Below are positions 52,286-64,000 of a stretch of 64,000 nucleotides of DNA, piece after piece (within the stretch, counting starts at the first letter, position 1; each line of letters starts with the position of its first letter). This DNA is from Camelus dromedarius (taxonomy: Eukaryota), in NCBI RefSeq assembly GCF_036321535.1, contig NC_087436.1, positions 56,360,001 to 56,424,000 on the forward strand. Reading direction: 5' to 3'. Below the pieces are notes generated by a model. The model worked only from the letters and a program-made list of their open reading frames with translations, was not told the DNA's origin and made no database searches. The position numbers and the translations under genes were made by a program.

Positions 52286-55200
52286 ATTCACAAACAATTT
52301 AACTGTTTTAAGAGAAAATTTCTAAATGACTATTCCCAAGAAAAAGAAACACAAGCTGAGTGCTCTTTTTCATGTATTTACGTTTATTATATAAATATAT
52401 ATACACACACACATATTCCAATCTCTCACATGTTAAAATGCTTCAAGAAAAATACTAATCTACCTTGCAACCTTGGAGGTTTCACCCCACAGCTGATTAG
52501 AGGGATATGAGATAAACAAGGCCCTTCCTGCAAGTACCACATGCAGGCAAACACACTACGTTTAGAACTTATTATTCCTACTTGTCAGAAAACAAATCTA
52601 AATCTGCTCTTTTTCACACTTCCAGATGTCAGGAGCTTTTCAAAACAATTTTGAGGTCAGAAAAGAGAACACACAGGTGTGTGTCACGTCAACTACTAAA
52701 AGCGCCTGAAGGTTGGCTTGGAACCCGACCCATCTACCGACACATTCTTGTGGGCATTACAAACACTCCCTGAAGGAACATTACACTAATGCTGACTAAT
52801 TTTTAAAAACATCCCAAATCTCATTAGACCTATTCCTTAGCAGTATTGTTCAAAAGCATCTCTGCTAGTAACACCACATCCATTGCCACCTCTTAGAAAA
52901 CCTTTAATGTTTTCTTCAGTATCACCTCTTCTGTTCTACTTCACTGACAAAACAACAGGTTGAACAAGAATAAAATATTTGATATCAACAAACCTACGTT
53001 TTTGTCATATCATGAAAACTATGGTAACCACAACAAAATCCAATGTTAGGATATTAGTAACAAATGCTTAAGGGAAACTGGTTCATATTAATGACTACTT
53101 GCTCTTGGGGAAACTAAGCCTGGGACAGAAAGATGACAGTAGTATTTCAATTCTGAAATTACCAGGGTTTATGCTAAAAAACTGTACTTAGCCATTCAAA
53201 ACCTCTGTTAAACACAAACAGCAACTTAAATGTGACATGTTCTTAATTTTTTAAAAATAGTGACTAGAAGGAAATTCCTACCATTAAATGACTGGATTCC
53301 CAATCAAAGACAGAAAAATTCTTCCTACCAGTAAAATGACCTAATAGTCATAGATTCCTGGTTATGTTTCTTAATGATCTAAAATAATCAATTTAGACTT
53401 AAAAAAATAATTATCCACCATATAAACATTCATTCAAAAGATGTAGTATTTATATAACCCTTCCTTTTCACACACACACACACACACACTCCCCACAAGT
53501 AGGTCCACAGGGAGGAGCCACAAGTAACAATTAGCACAAAATTTGTCTCTTTTCCCCAAATGTTCTGAGTATTTTCCAAACCTCAAAAACATCTCACTAC
53601 TGAACAAGTCCCTCCAGTGAATAAGAAAACTGAAACTTTTAAAGCACATTTTCTTGTTTCTTCTTCTCAGTCCATCATCCAGAGCCTGGGTGCTCATGCC
53701 CAGCACAAGAGCGAACGCTCAGAAAAGGATGCACGGCACTCTACCCTCCTGCAGCAATGTTGGTTGTGGCTGATAAATCTTCCTATAAATTTGCTATCTG
53801 CACAAGTCAAGCTTCTCAGCTTTACTTCCCTTCTCAGTAGCAGCAACCCACTACTAGTGTTATACAATGCACGAGGAAGACAAGGGCGGGGGCCCTCTAC
53901 TCAAATACATGTGCAGGATAGGCCTTTTTTGGATCTGAGAACTTTTTCTGCCTCCTTCCTCATTTCTTATCTCCCAGTCCCCAGTGGCTTCTCAAAAAAA
54001 ACAATATACTTGAAGATCCAGATGTCGCCTTTCTTCCCTCCCATCCCCACTGAGAATACAGGAAACACCAGGTGTGAAATGACCCTGTTTACCCTCCTCC
54101 ACTCATCACACACCTCCTAACTGTGAGCTTTCATCTCTGCTCGTCCTCCTGGGGAATCTACCCCGTCGTTTGCCTGCTGGATCCCATCTCTCCTCATACC
54201 CCCAGATGCACGGCCGAGATCACAGTCTCTCACATGGGATGGTTTGCCTTCATAAGTTCCTTCCTGAGTTATGAACAAAGAGCCATTTTCCCAGGCTAGA
54301 TGAGCCCAGCTGAAGAAGGGTTTTGGACAAAGAGAAAATGAGTGTACTGGGAAGAAAGGACAAAGGAACCCTGAAAGGAAAACCTGAGATGCTTATGCTT
54401 GTGCCTTTATAGCAAAATGTAGTAACTTATACACAAATCATGTAATCAAGCACCAGCTCTTACAATAGGCCAAGTCACACGTATAACAGGATAACTAGAT
54501 TCCAAACAGGTGCAGGAATTGTGATTTCTAGCCTTGGCTACGCTACCGACTTAGAAACCTCCAGAATGTCCAGAATGTTTTGTTTAGAAAACCAGCATAG
54601 CGATGACTTACCAAGTAAGGTGCAGGCAGTAAACGCAGGTTCTCAGGATGTGTTTGGGGAAGGAATACTGATGAATGAATTAGATCACTGGAAAAGACTC
54701 AGCCAAACACACCTGTTTAGATCAGAAACTGAGTGTGAAGGAGATGACCCTGAGTCAACACGGTAATACAGCAGTGCCACACAGTGACTGCGTTTCCCAT
54801 GACCACGTTCCCTGGATGGGTAACAAAGAGAGGGATGGTGGGTCTTTCTGTGCAGGAGGAAGCAGTGGCTGCTCTGGTGACCAAAAGATTCCCAAACAGC
54901 AAAACGTGTTGTATCTCTAACTACTTCCAACTACCCTTACCAAATGAACAGTCTGGGAAAGGACATCTAACCTCCCACTGTCTCAGACAGTGACACTCAT
55001 GGACGGGAGGAATGAAAACCAGTCCAAGTCTGCCTGGATACAAGCACAGGAAATCACTCATAACTAAGTACATGTATCTTTATATATTAGATATGGATGT
55101 ACATATGGGTATCCCTGACTTCACCCACATCATTTCAGGCAGATTTTAAGCTGATGTCTATATTTATATATTTAGGGAAAATTACATACCTATTACATTA

Positions 55201-56289
55201 CGTATGCTTGTGGGTTTGCATTAACAAGTTTACTGAAAAGGGGTTTGAACAGACTAAAAGTAGACAATATGTATTAGAGAAAAGGAAAAAAAATCATAGG
55301 ACAGACAAAAATGAACAGCAGTTGAGGATCTCCAAAATTAAACTAACACACAGAGCAGCCCGGAAGTAACTTTCATTTCCCTTGAGCTAATTATTTACAC
55401 AAACTATGTTTAAATGAAGGTTGAATTTTGCTCTGATATAGCATATTAACTCCATTGATGAAGTTCATGTTTTTAATCCTACTCAATAATAGTAAAATGG
55501 GAACAAATTAGGAAGAAACACAAAAAGAATAAACAGAGTGGTGGTACCAAACCTTAACTCCATCATCCATAAGGTATCAAGGGGTCGTGGGTGCAGAGAG
55601 GAAGCATCAGCACACATAGTTAGCACTGCGCCCTCCTCTCTAGAAATGACCGAAAGACTTATCGTGGAATCTTACCAGCCTGCTCCAAGATGGGCTGTCC
55701 GACCCTGACAGTCATGTGCACTTTGCTATTTCCAACGATCAGTTCCCTTTGTCTTTGTATCACAGTATTAAGTCCCCCCAATACTCCCTTCTTAAAGTAC
55801 TTAAATTCAGCTAAATTTCCAACAAGCACTGAGTTCCTAAAGTTTGAAAAAAAAAAATCAAAATCATGAAAAACTCAGAGAAAGGGTCAAGCAGTAGTCA
55901 AAGCAGGTTATGGCTTTTTACCACAACCTCCCTGTCTTCTTGTTTGTTTTTGTGTGTTTTTGTTTTCATTGGCATCTGTGTGGGACGGGTAAGTACAGTT
56001 CTTGCCAAAGATACTGAAGGTCTTTCAGTCTGGCCAAGGAAAGAACTGGAGGCTAGGAAAGGACGAGAACAAGTATGTTTAGAATGCTGCCAGGTTCAAA
56101 GCGATGTAAGGGTCACAGCAGTGTACCTGTGCTCCCTGAGTTATCTTATCAGTAAAACGAGATGATAGGAAGATGTGTTCTCTAACCTGCCTCCTACTTC
56201 AAACACATTACAGTTCTATGTTAACTTCCACTTTCCTGATACGCCTTCTTTTTCCATTATCTATAGCCTAAAAAGTGGGTAGTGAATAT

Positions 56290-56600
56290 CACATTAATAA
56301 AGTGTAAGAATCCCAGTTCTGCCATTTATTAGTTGTGTGACCTCAGGCCAGGTCTTAATTCTTTTTAAATCTCAAACACTTCATAGCAACAGTACTTACA
56401 CTTCAAGGAGTCTTTAAGAGGATTAAATAAGATGTTATTTGTCTATCCCCAATTATTTGTTTATAAATCTCATATAATGTAACCCTCAAAATACTCATTT
56501 ATACATGAGGGGACTAGGGCTGGAAGAGGTTATTTTCCTGAGAACCATCAAGTGAACAGCAGGCAAAGGCGGGAGGAAGCTCTGCTCTCTGACTTTTAAA
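56290..56600. mobile_element. Two MIR fragments in opposite orientation
   Basis: aatcccagttctgccatttattagttgtgtgacctcaggc (forward) and catttatacatgaggggactagggct (reverse). Confidence 0.65.
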
Positions 56601-56617
56601 GCAACGACTCCTCTAGA

Positions 56618-57295
56618 GAGCAATTCTCAGACGTTTTGTTCTCCAGATCCTTTTTCATTACTAAAAATCATTAAGGACACCAAATTTGGTGTTTATGTGG
56701 ATTATAGTTATCAATATTTACCACATTAGAAATTAAAACTGAAGTTTTAAAATATGGTATAATTCATGTAAAATGATAATGAACCGTCCCATTTTAACAT
56801 ATTTTCAAAAAATAATAGTGAAAAAGGTAGTACTGTTTTATATTTTGGCAAATCTCTTTAATGTCTAACTTAATAAATTGGCTATCTGCTTCTGAATTAA
56901 ATCTATTGCAATATGTTGGGTTTGACATATATGAAGAGAATGCAGCCACAGACATAAAGTTGGAAAAGGAGCTATCTTTTAACAGACTTTTTTCATAATA
57001 GTGGTTATTCTTTAATACTATACACACACTGGGCAGGTAGGTGTCTCTTCAAAGTTAGACGCAATGTGGAATCTGAAACCCTACTGAAATTTTCATATTC
57101 TGATAAATTAAAATCTACTGTCTGTCATGTACTTTGAATGGATTTTTCACACATGCATGAATATGAAACAATGGCATTGATTATGTGGAGAAAAATTCTT
57201 GGTTCACTCAGTTATGCTGGTCAGTCCTGTGGATACAAGCTTTCCAAAATCCTAATTTTTGTTTGAAAGTTTGAGTTTTATCATTAGCAAAAAAA

Positions 57296-57353
<58 letters not shown>

Positions 57354-57885
57354 ATCAGCTGTTTTCCTTGAAGTGGGAAGTTCACTTTGTTCATTTTTGA
57401 GAATATGTCTGCAAATACCCATGCCTGAATAACCACAGTTTGTCTGTCAGTCATTCTCTCTAGCAAAATTGCGTTTCATGAAAAAAAGCGTCAAGGTAAC
57501 CATTAAATCTTCAGTATGGTGAAGAATTTCATTCTACCTACTACACACTTCGTCACACAGAATATTAAAAGGATATCTACTCAGAGGTTGGAATTCAATA
57601 AACTTAGTAATTTTTACTGCTTCATCCAGTATATTACTAAATGAAGGTAGCTTCTTGTTGGATGTTGGTGTCTGGTTAGCTCGTAGGGTGTCTGGCCAGT
57701 TGGCCTGTTTGGTTGACTGCGTTTACTGTGTTTATTGTGATACCTGGCAGTGAAGACTGGAGTGCAGTTTGGTGTTCTGTCTTGATTTGTGCTAAGGTTC
57801 TATCAGCAGTTCTAACCACTACTTCCTTTGTACCATCAGTGCAAATGTTACTAATACATCTTATTATTACACTTGAGAATCATAT
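56618..57885 (-). mobile_element. Charlie1-like hAT DNA transposon, deleted derivative
   Basis: ORF 57284..57466 contains the transposase-like fragment ADIFSKMNKVNFPLQGKQL; Charlie1-type motifs (ttatcaatatttaccacattagaaattaaaactga; gcaaatctctttaatgtct) and decayed termini. Confidence 0.8.
57289..57353. repeat. Compound microsatellite (A)n(TA)n(CA)n
   Basis: Directly visible. Confidence 0.95.
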
Positions 57886-59309
57886 TTTGAAAGTTGTCAC
57901 ACTAGATGACCAACTATTGGCCATTAGAGATATAAAGTTTATACTTAATATAAGTTGAGAAATTTTGAACAGTAGGAGTGAGTAAAAGAGATAATTTTTA
58001 AAAGAAAAAATGAAGAAACTTATACAATTATCAAATCCTTTTGAGCTCTCAAGAGAGATTTTCACTTAGAAATACTAGATTGCTTGCAGAAGTATTGTGT
58101 TTCAAATACATGTGAAAGCAATTATCAATGTAAATTTATGTTTTAATGTTATTAACTGGTATTTAACACAATTAAAATACAGAACTTTAATTAAGCTAGC
58201 ACCACTTAGATGCTGCCCATTATGAAATGCTGATGAACATTTAAGAAGAAATGATTCATTAATATGAAAGTAAAATAAACAGGTACAGACAGTTCACATT
58301 CTCAGAAAAGTAAAAAGAGAAAAGTAAAAAAAAAAAGTAAAAAAAGAGAAAAAAAATTGCCAAATATGGCACTAACCAGTCCTGGTTGATTTTTTTGTTC
58401 ACTTTGTTTTGCTTTTTGGTTGTAAGCTCTCATGGGCAGTATTTTCTGTTTCTTCTGTATGGTTGATTACTTTTTCTTTTTCTTTTTCATATTGAACACT
58501 GAAAGGTTGACCATAATGAGATAAGCTTTTCTCTAACTTTATGTTAATGTCTTGATTTGACCATAGTTTAAGTCTTGATTTCCAAACACGGATCAGTTTT
58601 TCCTTTATGCTGCAGAAAACAGCCAATTCTGAATTTAGAAAAGTCAGAATGTATACCATTCAAAACCCTAAAGAAGGGATATGCTTAGTAGACCTTTTCC
58701 TCCATCTAAAAACATTTTATGGAGAAACTCTGAAAGCGTATTTCTCACATGTGGTCTTAAAAATGCTATTACTTCACACTTGGGGGAAATATTTATAATA
58801 TTCCAGTCAGGGTATAAACTGCATGAGAGTAAGAATTCTACCTCTTTGGTTAACCACAACATCCTCAGCATCTCAAATAATGTCAGGCATCTAGCAGGCA
58901 TACATAAATTGTTGACTGCGTATGTGGAACAACTTCCCTATTATGAAGGTTTCAAGAGTCATCTATTGTGAGAGAATGTACAAACAATATTATCTGCCAT
59001 ATATTAATGATTATTTCTGAGAGGGGTGTGTGTATGTTCTACTGTGATTGCTATTTGATAAAACCTCCACTTTTAAAAATTGAAAACAAAATGCAAAAAA
59101 GCAGCTGAATTTTTCTGATACTCCTTCTGTCCCCTAGACATACAATTTTCAAACACAAGAAAGACTCTGACCCTACTCTGACAGAGCCAATTCAATTAAA
59201 TTATATCTTAAATTATTAACGAGCAAAACATTGGAACATGGATGTGAGAGGAAGGTTCTGGACACTGTCTCTAATGCCAGTGTAACCTGGACTCACTTAT
59301 GAAAGATAG

Positions 59310-59505
59310 CACATGGGCCGGAGATCCTGCCCAGCTGGGCTAATCAGCTGCACGCCTTTGGAGACACTCCTCAGTTCCTCTAGACCCCCATTTCTCTATC
59401 TTGAAAATAGGAGGAATAATGTTTACTTGTCACACGGCTATTCTAAGATTAAATGCAGTACTATATGAAGCACTTAGCATACATGCCCAATAAATGTTAG
59501 TTCCC
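59310..59505 (+). mobile_element. MIR SINE
   Basis: catttctctatcttgaaaataggaggaataatg...taagattaaatgc...tgaagcacttagca. Confidence 0.65.
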
Positions 59506-60675
59506 TTCATTTTTCAGAAATCTATGGATTAAAACTTGATGGTAAAGACTGAGATTTGTAACACAGAAAAGCATACATCTTTCACTCCAACTGTTTAATT
59601 TATAAAGCCACTATCAGAATCCGGAACCAATTTAAAGATATAGAGCAGTTAAAAAAAATGTGTACACACAAGTCTATTTTCTATGACCTACTGTTATTTA
59701 TCACTGGTACTAATTCACATTTCTAATTTCCGTCAATTTAACCACTTTGTAATTTGTTTTATAAAATGATTTCACTATTTGAAAGAAAAGACATATAGAA
59801 TTTCCATTATCATGGCTCCTGCTAGCAGTGATAATAATTGTGGCACTGTATGAAGACACACTACAGAACATTACGCATCACATGAAGTGTACCAGTATTA
59901 CTTACTCATATTTAGACTTGTTCAGTATGTCACATCAACTTTGCCTCCAGAGCACTTTACATGAATGTGTCTTAAAAATAGCATGGGTTGTAGGCCATAT
60001 TCATTCACTTCACAAGGTGTTACCAACTGGTAGGTAGCATTAGCTGCTACTTTTTAACAGTATTTTGTGTCTTTATTGCATCTTACACTTTGCAAGATAC
60101 TTGTATCAACGTATATGTGTGTGTGTTAAACAGACTCAGAAAGTACACACACATGCATTCTGTAACACCCACATACAGTGTTAGTGAAATTTTAAAACTG
60201 GTCTACACTTAATCATGTACCCCAGCTCTTCCATTGGTATATAATCACAGACGGCAGTTATATGACTCCATCAGACTCTTGATGCCCTATGTTTTTAACA
60301 GGAAGACAATTAAGAGAATATATAGGTATGACAGCCACTTGCTTTAAAATGTTTGAAGACAATCTGAAAGTTGTGTGTAGAAAGCGGCTTGCCTATTAAC
60401 CTTTTACTGTATACAAAGGCCATCACAATGTGCTTTGTATGCTTCGGGCAAGTGAATAACTACTGAAATGATCCACAAGTAAAAGAAAACTACTGCGTAC
60501 TTACTACAGGTGAAGCACTGTTCTAAGAGCTTTCACACACTTTATATACGTCTTACCAGAGCCAATACGGTAGTTATTCCCATTTTTATAAATCACTAAG
60601 GCTCAGATATAAGGTCTTAAGGCTGACCTGAGATTTTCATTAAATCATTTAATAATAAATACTACTAATAATAAT

Positions 60676-60768
60676 GGAGGAGGAGGAGGGGGAGGAGAAA
60701 GGGGGAGAAAAGAGAGTTTGGGGGAAGAAGGAAAGAGGAGAGAGAGAGAAGAGGAAGGAAAAAAAGAA
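60676..60768. repeat. Polypurine (GA-rich) low-complexity tract
   Basis: ggaggaggaggagggggaggagaaagggggagaaa... directly visible. Confidence 0.85.
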
Positions 60769-61419
60769 GTCCTTGTTACCATCAGCAGGTGTGCGTAGCT
60801 TTGATTTCTTTTGCCCCAGTACAGGGACACATGTTCCTACGTTTGCCCTGTTTCCTTGTGGCAAAACACAAGCTGTTGGCTGGAGCCCCTCCTTTCTATC
60901 CCCTTTATCCCTCTCTCTAATCAGTACTAGTACAGTACTCTCTGATCTTTCTCCCACTTCTATATCCATTATTTGCACTGCTGCCTTCTAAAAATAACAA
61001 CACACTCACATGAACTTGCAAAACCAAAAAGCTGAAGCAAAATAAACAGAAAGCTCTAACTCTAAAGTTCTTAGGAAGTCACTCAAGGTGCTGCATCAGC
61101 TGACCCCAGCTATCTTTCCACCCTCACCTCCTGCCATGGTCTGCTCCCTGGCCCTACTTACATGCACCTTGTTGTTTTATATTCCTATGCCTCTGCTCAT
61201 ATTCTTTCAGTCAATATTAGCCCCCCTTCTCCTTCATCACCTATGTTACATTTTCAATTAGAAATATATGTCTTTTTTTGACTACTCATGGAACTTTTTC
61301 TTGTTATACATTTTACTGTGCCTTGAAGAACAGTTAGTTGCAGACATACATTCTGTCCTATCAACTATCACCTCCTTATTGCAAGGAGTACAGTTTGTTT
61401 ACATGAGTCACCCAATTCA

Positions 61420-61555
61420 TTATTAATCTGAATAATTAGCCATGGGACTTTCGACAATTTACTTAACCTCCATGAACCTCAATTTCCTCATCTGTAAAAT
61501 GAGGAGAGTAGTATTTATTCATTCATATGTATAAAACGCTTAGAACAGTACCTTA
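61420..61555 (+). mobile_element. MIR SINE
   Basis: ttacttaacctccatgaacctcaatttcctcatctgtaaaatgagg, near-consensus MIR core. Confidence 0.8.
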
Positions 61556-63399
61556 AAGAATCTGCCCCATGTATGTGGGAATAATTTGTATAGTAATACT
61601 AGCTGAAACTTGTGACCAAAGAAATTCATTGTTTGATGTAAACTAGCTCATCCAATCTGATTTTAGCATTTGCAAATTTTTGAAGGAAAGACATTTAAGT
61701 TTTCACGTATAAACACTTTCTTAAAAACTAGATTTTATAACTTTTCTAAGTAGTTTTCTAAGAGCAAATATATACACATTATCATAACGGATTCCTGTAG
61801 AACACAAAATAAGCTCATCCCTCCAAGCAAAGTGTCACTTCATCCTGAAATTTTACTCCATATACAGTGAAATGAGGGTTGTGAATCAAAGTGGGACTCT
61901 TGGCAAGAGATAAGATTATTCACTGGACTTTTCTATTTCTCCTTACAATGGGAACTCTTTTTGCATGCTTTCTGAACATCGAGGCATTCATATAAAAAAA
62001 ATTACGCCTGTTTTACAGTTACAGCATATTGACAGTTCACCTTCCTTCTCTGCATTAGGCAACATAACAACTTTGATTCTTTAGCTCTTGGCATCTCTCT
62101 TGGGGTTGTGAGAGTGGCTTTATGGGAGAAGGAGGCTATCGAGCACACCCCTGTAGCATGCACCAAGCAGCCTGATTAGCGCTAATGTACTGAGTGCCTA
62201 TGTGGAAAATAGAGAAAAATGCGGAAATAATTAGTTGTGTTCTGCAGTGAATTTCCACTCCAAAATGAGGACTAGATGGCTAAGAACTACAAAGGCAAAT
62301 TCAACAGCAACCAAAACTAGGAGTACGCACACGCCCAAGTACACAATAGCCAGTAAATGGTGAAATGATTATTTTCTAACATCGAGGTCATTACTAATAC
62401 TATATCATGCACATATGACCAGTGAAAATAAAGTCTCCCTACGATGCATCGAAAAAGCTGAAGAATAAATTGCAGCAGATTAATCTATCACCTTCTCAAA
62501 ACCTGTAAATATAGCAATCACTTTTTCAATAGAAAATAATTATTAGAAGTCAAAGTTTACTTAGTTATTGTAAAATAGATCCAACCTCGTACCAGTCTTC
62601 TCACAGACTGAGAAAAGCAGATGGTGAAAGCAGTAAAAATTCCAGTGGAAACTATGACTAATTATTACTCAATTTATGAGGCTTGTCTTAAAGATAAGGT
62701 TTGAGTTAAATCACAGCAACTCAGCACTTTACAAAGACAAGTTTAATCTTATGACCTGTAGTGTGTAAAGTAGGATGGTAAATTACTTAGGAATAAGTGG
62801 GATGTTCTTTAAAAGCATACATTTATCAATAGAAGACAAAATTTTGGTGTCCACATCAATGCTTACTTCTGTAAAAGTTAAGCCTGGTAGAAAAAGCAAC
62901 ATGTGGATGGATGCTTTAGTACTTCTCTGCTCATCCCAACACATACTTCTATTTCAAATTTAAAATAATGATGAGCAGGCATGTAACTTTCGAGGCCATT
63001 ATCTGATTTCATGTCCAAGTATTTATTTCTGGTATCAAATAACAATGACTGACATGGAATAACAGCAAAAATGGTATAACGGCTTTCACTTCAAAACACC
63101 TTGATAACTCTGGCAATTTCTCATTCATAAAAGGCTGTGCTTTTCAAAGTGACTGAATATATACTTATGCATTCCTATGTTCTGTGTGACATATTTGGAC
63201 TAAGAGACAGCTGCAGTCCAAGGTAACTGTAAGTGGCAGGACACAGAGGCTTGGGGTCCTGGGAAGAAAGAATAGAGAAAAATGGAAATAAAAAGAGACG
63301 CTAACTATCAGAAATATTCATTAACTATTGCTTTGCATCACCTGAGCCAGGGGAAAACAAAGCCCTTTCCAAATTGAAAGGAGAGATTTCTCAAAGCAG

Positions 63400-63600
63400 A
63401 GCAAACCTGAGTGCCAGGCACTGTTCCCAGTGTTTCTCATGTAATAACTCAAGTGCTTCTTCCAACAAGCTTATTAGTCTATATAGTGTTACTTCTCCCG
63501 TATTACAATACAGAAGCTGAGGCACTGAGAACTCGCTCAAGGTCATGTAATAAGAGAAAGAGTTGAAACTGAGATTTAAACACACAAAGTCTGACTAAAC
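63400..63600 (-). mobile_element. MIR SINE
   Basis: gtgccaggcactgttc...gaagctgaggcactgag...ctcaaggtca...gagatttaaacac...gtctgact. Confidence 0.75.
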
Positions 63601-64000
63601 AAGGCCTGGTCTCCTACCCATGAAGGTATGTCATATAAAAGCAGGATTTCCTAGTATCTACAGGGGGAAAAAAAAAAAAAAACACTCACCAAGACAACAG
63701 CCAATGCAAAGTTAAAGTCACCGTGCAATAATCACGTCCGCCTACTGGACATACACTACTACCTAGAATCGCTCTGATAAGAATCTCAGCTCATTTGCAG
63801 TGTTTCTGACTTACAGTGGGAGAGAGAAATGCGAGTTTCTACTTGCCTCCATATTCCGCTTTGGTCTTTAAAGTGTTTTTTAATCTCTTTTCTTTTGAAG
63901 TGAATTTTAATGAGCCCTTAATTGTCAAAGGACTTCATAAATATTCATTAAACATTAAGAGGAGTTTGTGTTTTCTCTCCCTGAAAGCTGAAAGAGAAAA

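Noticed and set aside
53617..54120. Longest ORF in the track (167 aa)
   Set aside because: GTG start, no recognisable domain, Leu/Ser-rich composition typical of chance intronic ORFs.

Overview
Mammalian genomic DNA, most likely camelid judging by a Vic-1-type tRNA-derived SINE. The whole window lies inside the BMPR1B (ALK6, BMP type I receptor) gene on the minus strand. Seven consecutive coding exons splice in frame through GT-AG junctions: 34128-33969 (ATG at 34111), 23948-23846, 23294-23192, 11955-11859, 10758-10620, 5230-5038 and 4241-3944. They give 1076 coding nt (residues 1-359): the Cys-rich ectodomain, transmembrane helix, GS box and the kinase domain up to just past the DLG motif. 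I did not find the remaining kinase exons or the upstream 5'UTR exons, which presumably lie outside the window. The rest is intron filled with L1, L2, MIR, MaLR/ERV LTRs, hAT DNA transposons and simple repeats. I found no convincing previously undescribed biological system. The best leads are modest: a His at residue 205 next to the GS-box activation residue Q203, a well-bounded solo ERV LTR antisense to the gene, and several candidate cassette exons upstream of the ATG exon. Repeat family names and comparisons to human BMPR1B come from recalled consensus sequences, not database searches. Boundaries of old repeats are approximate.
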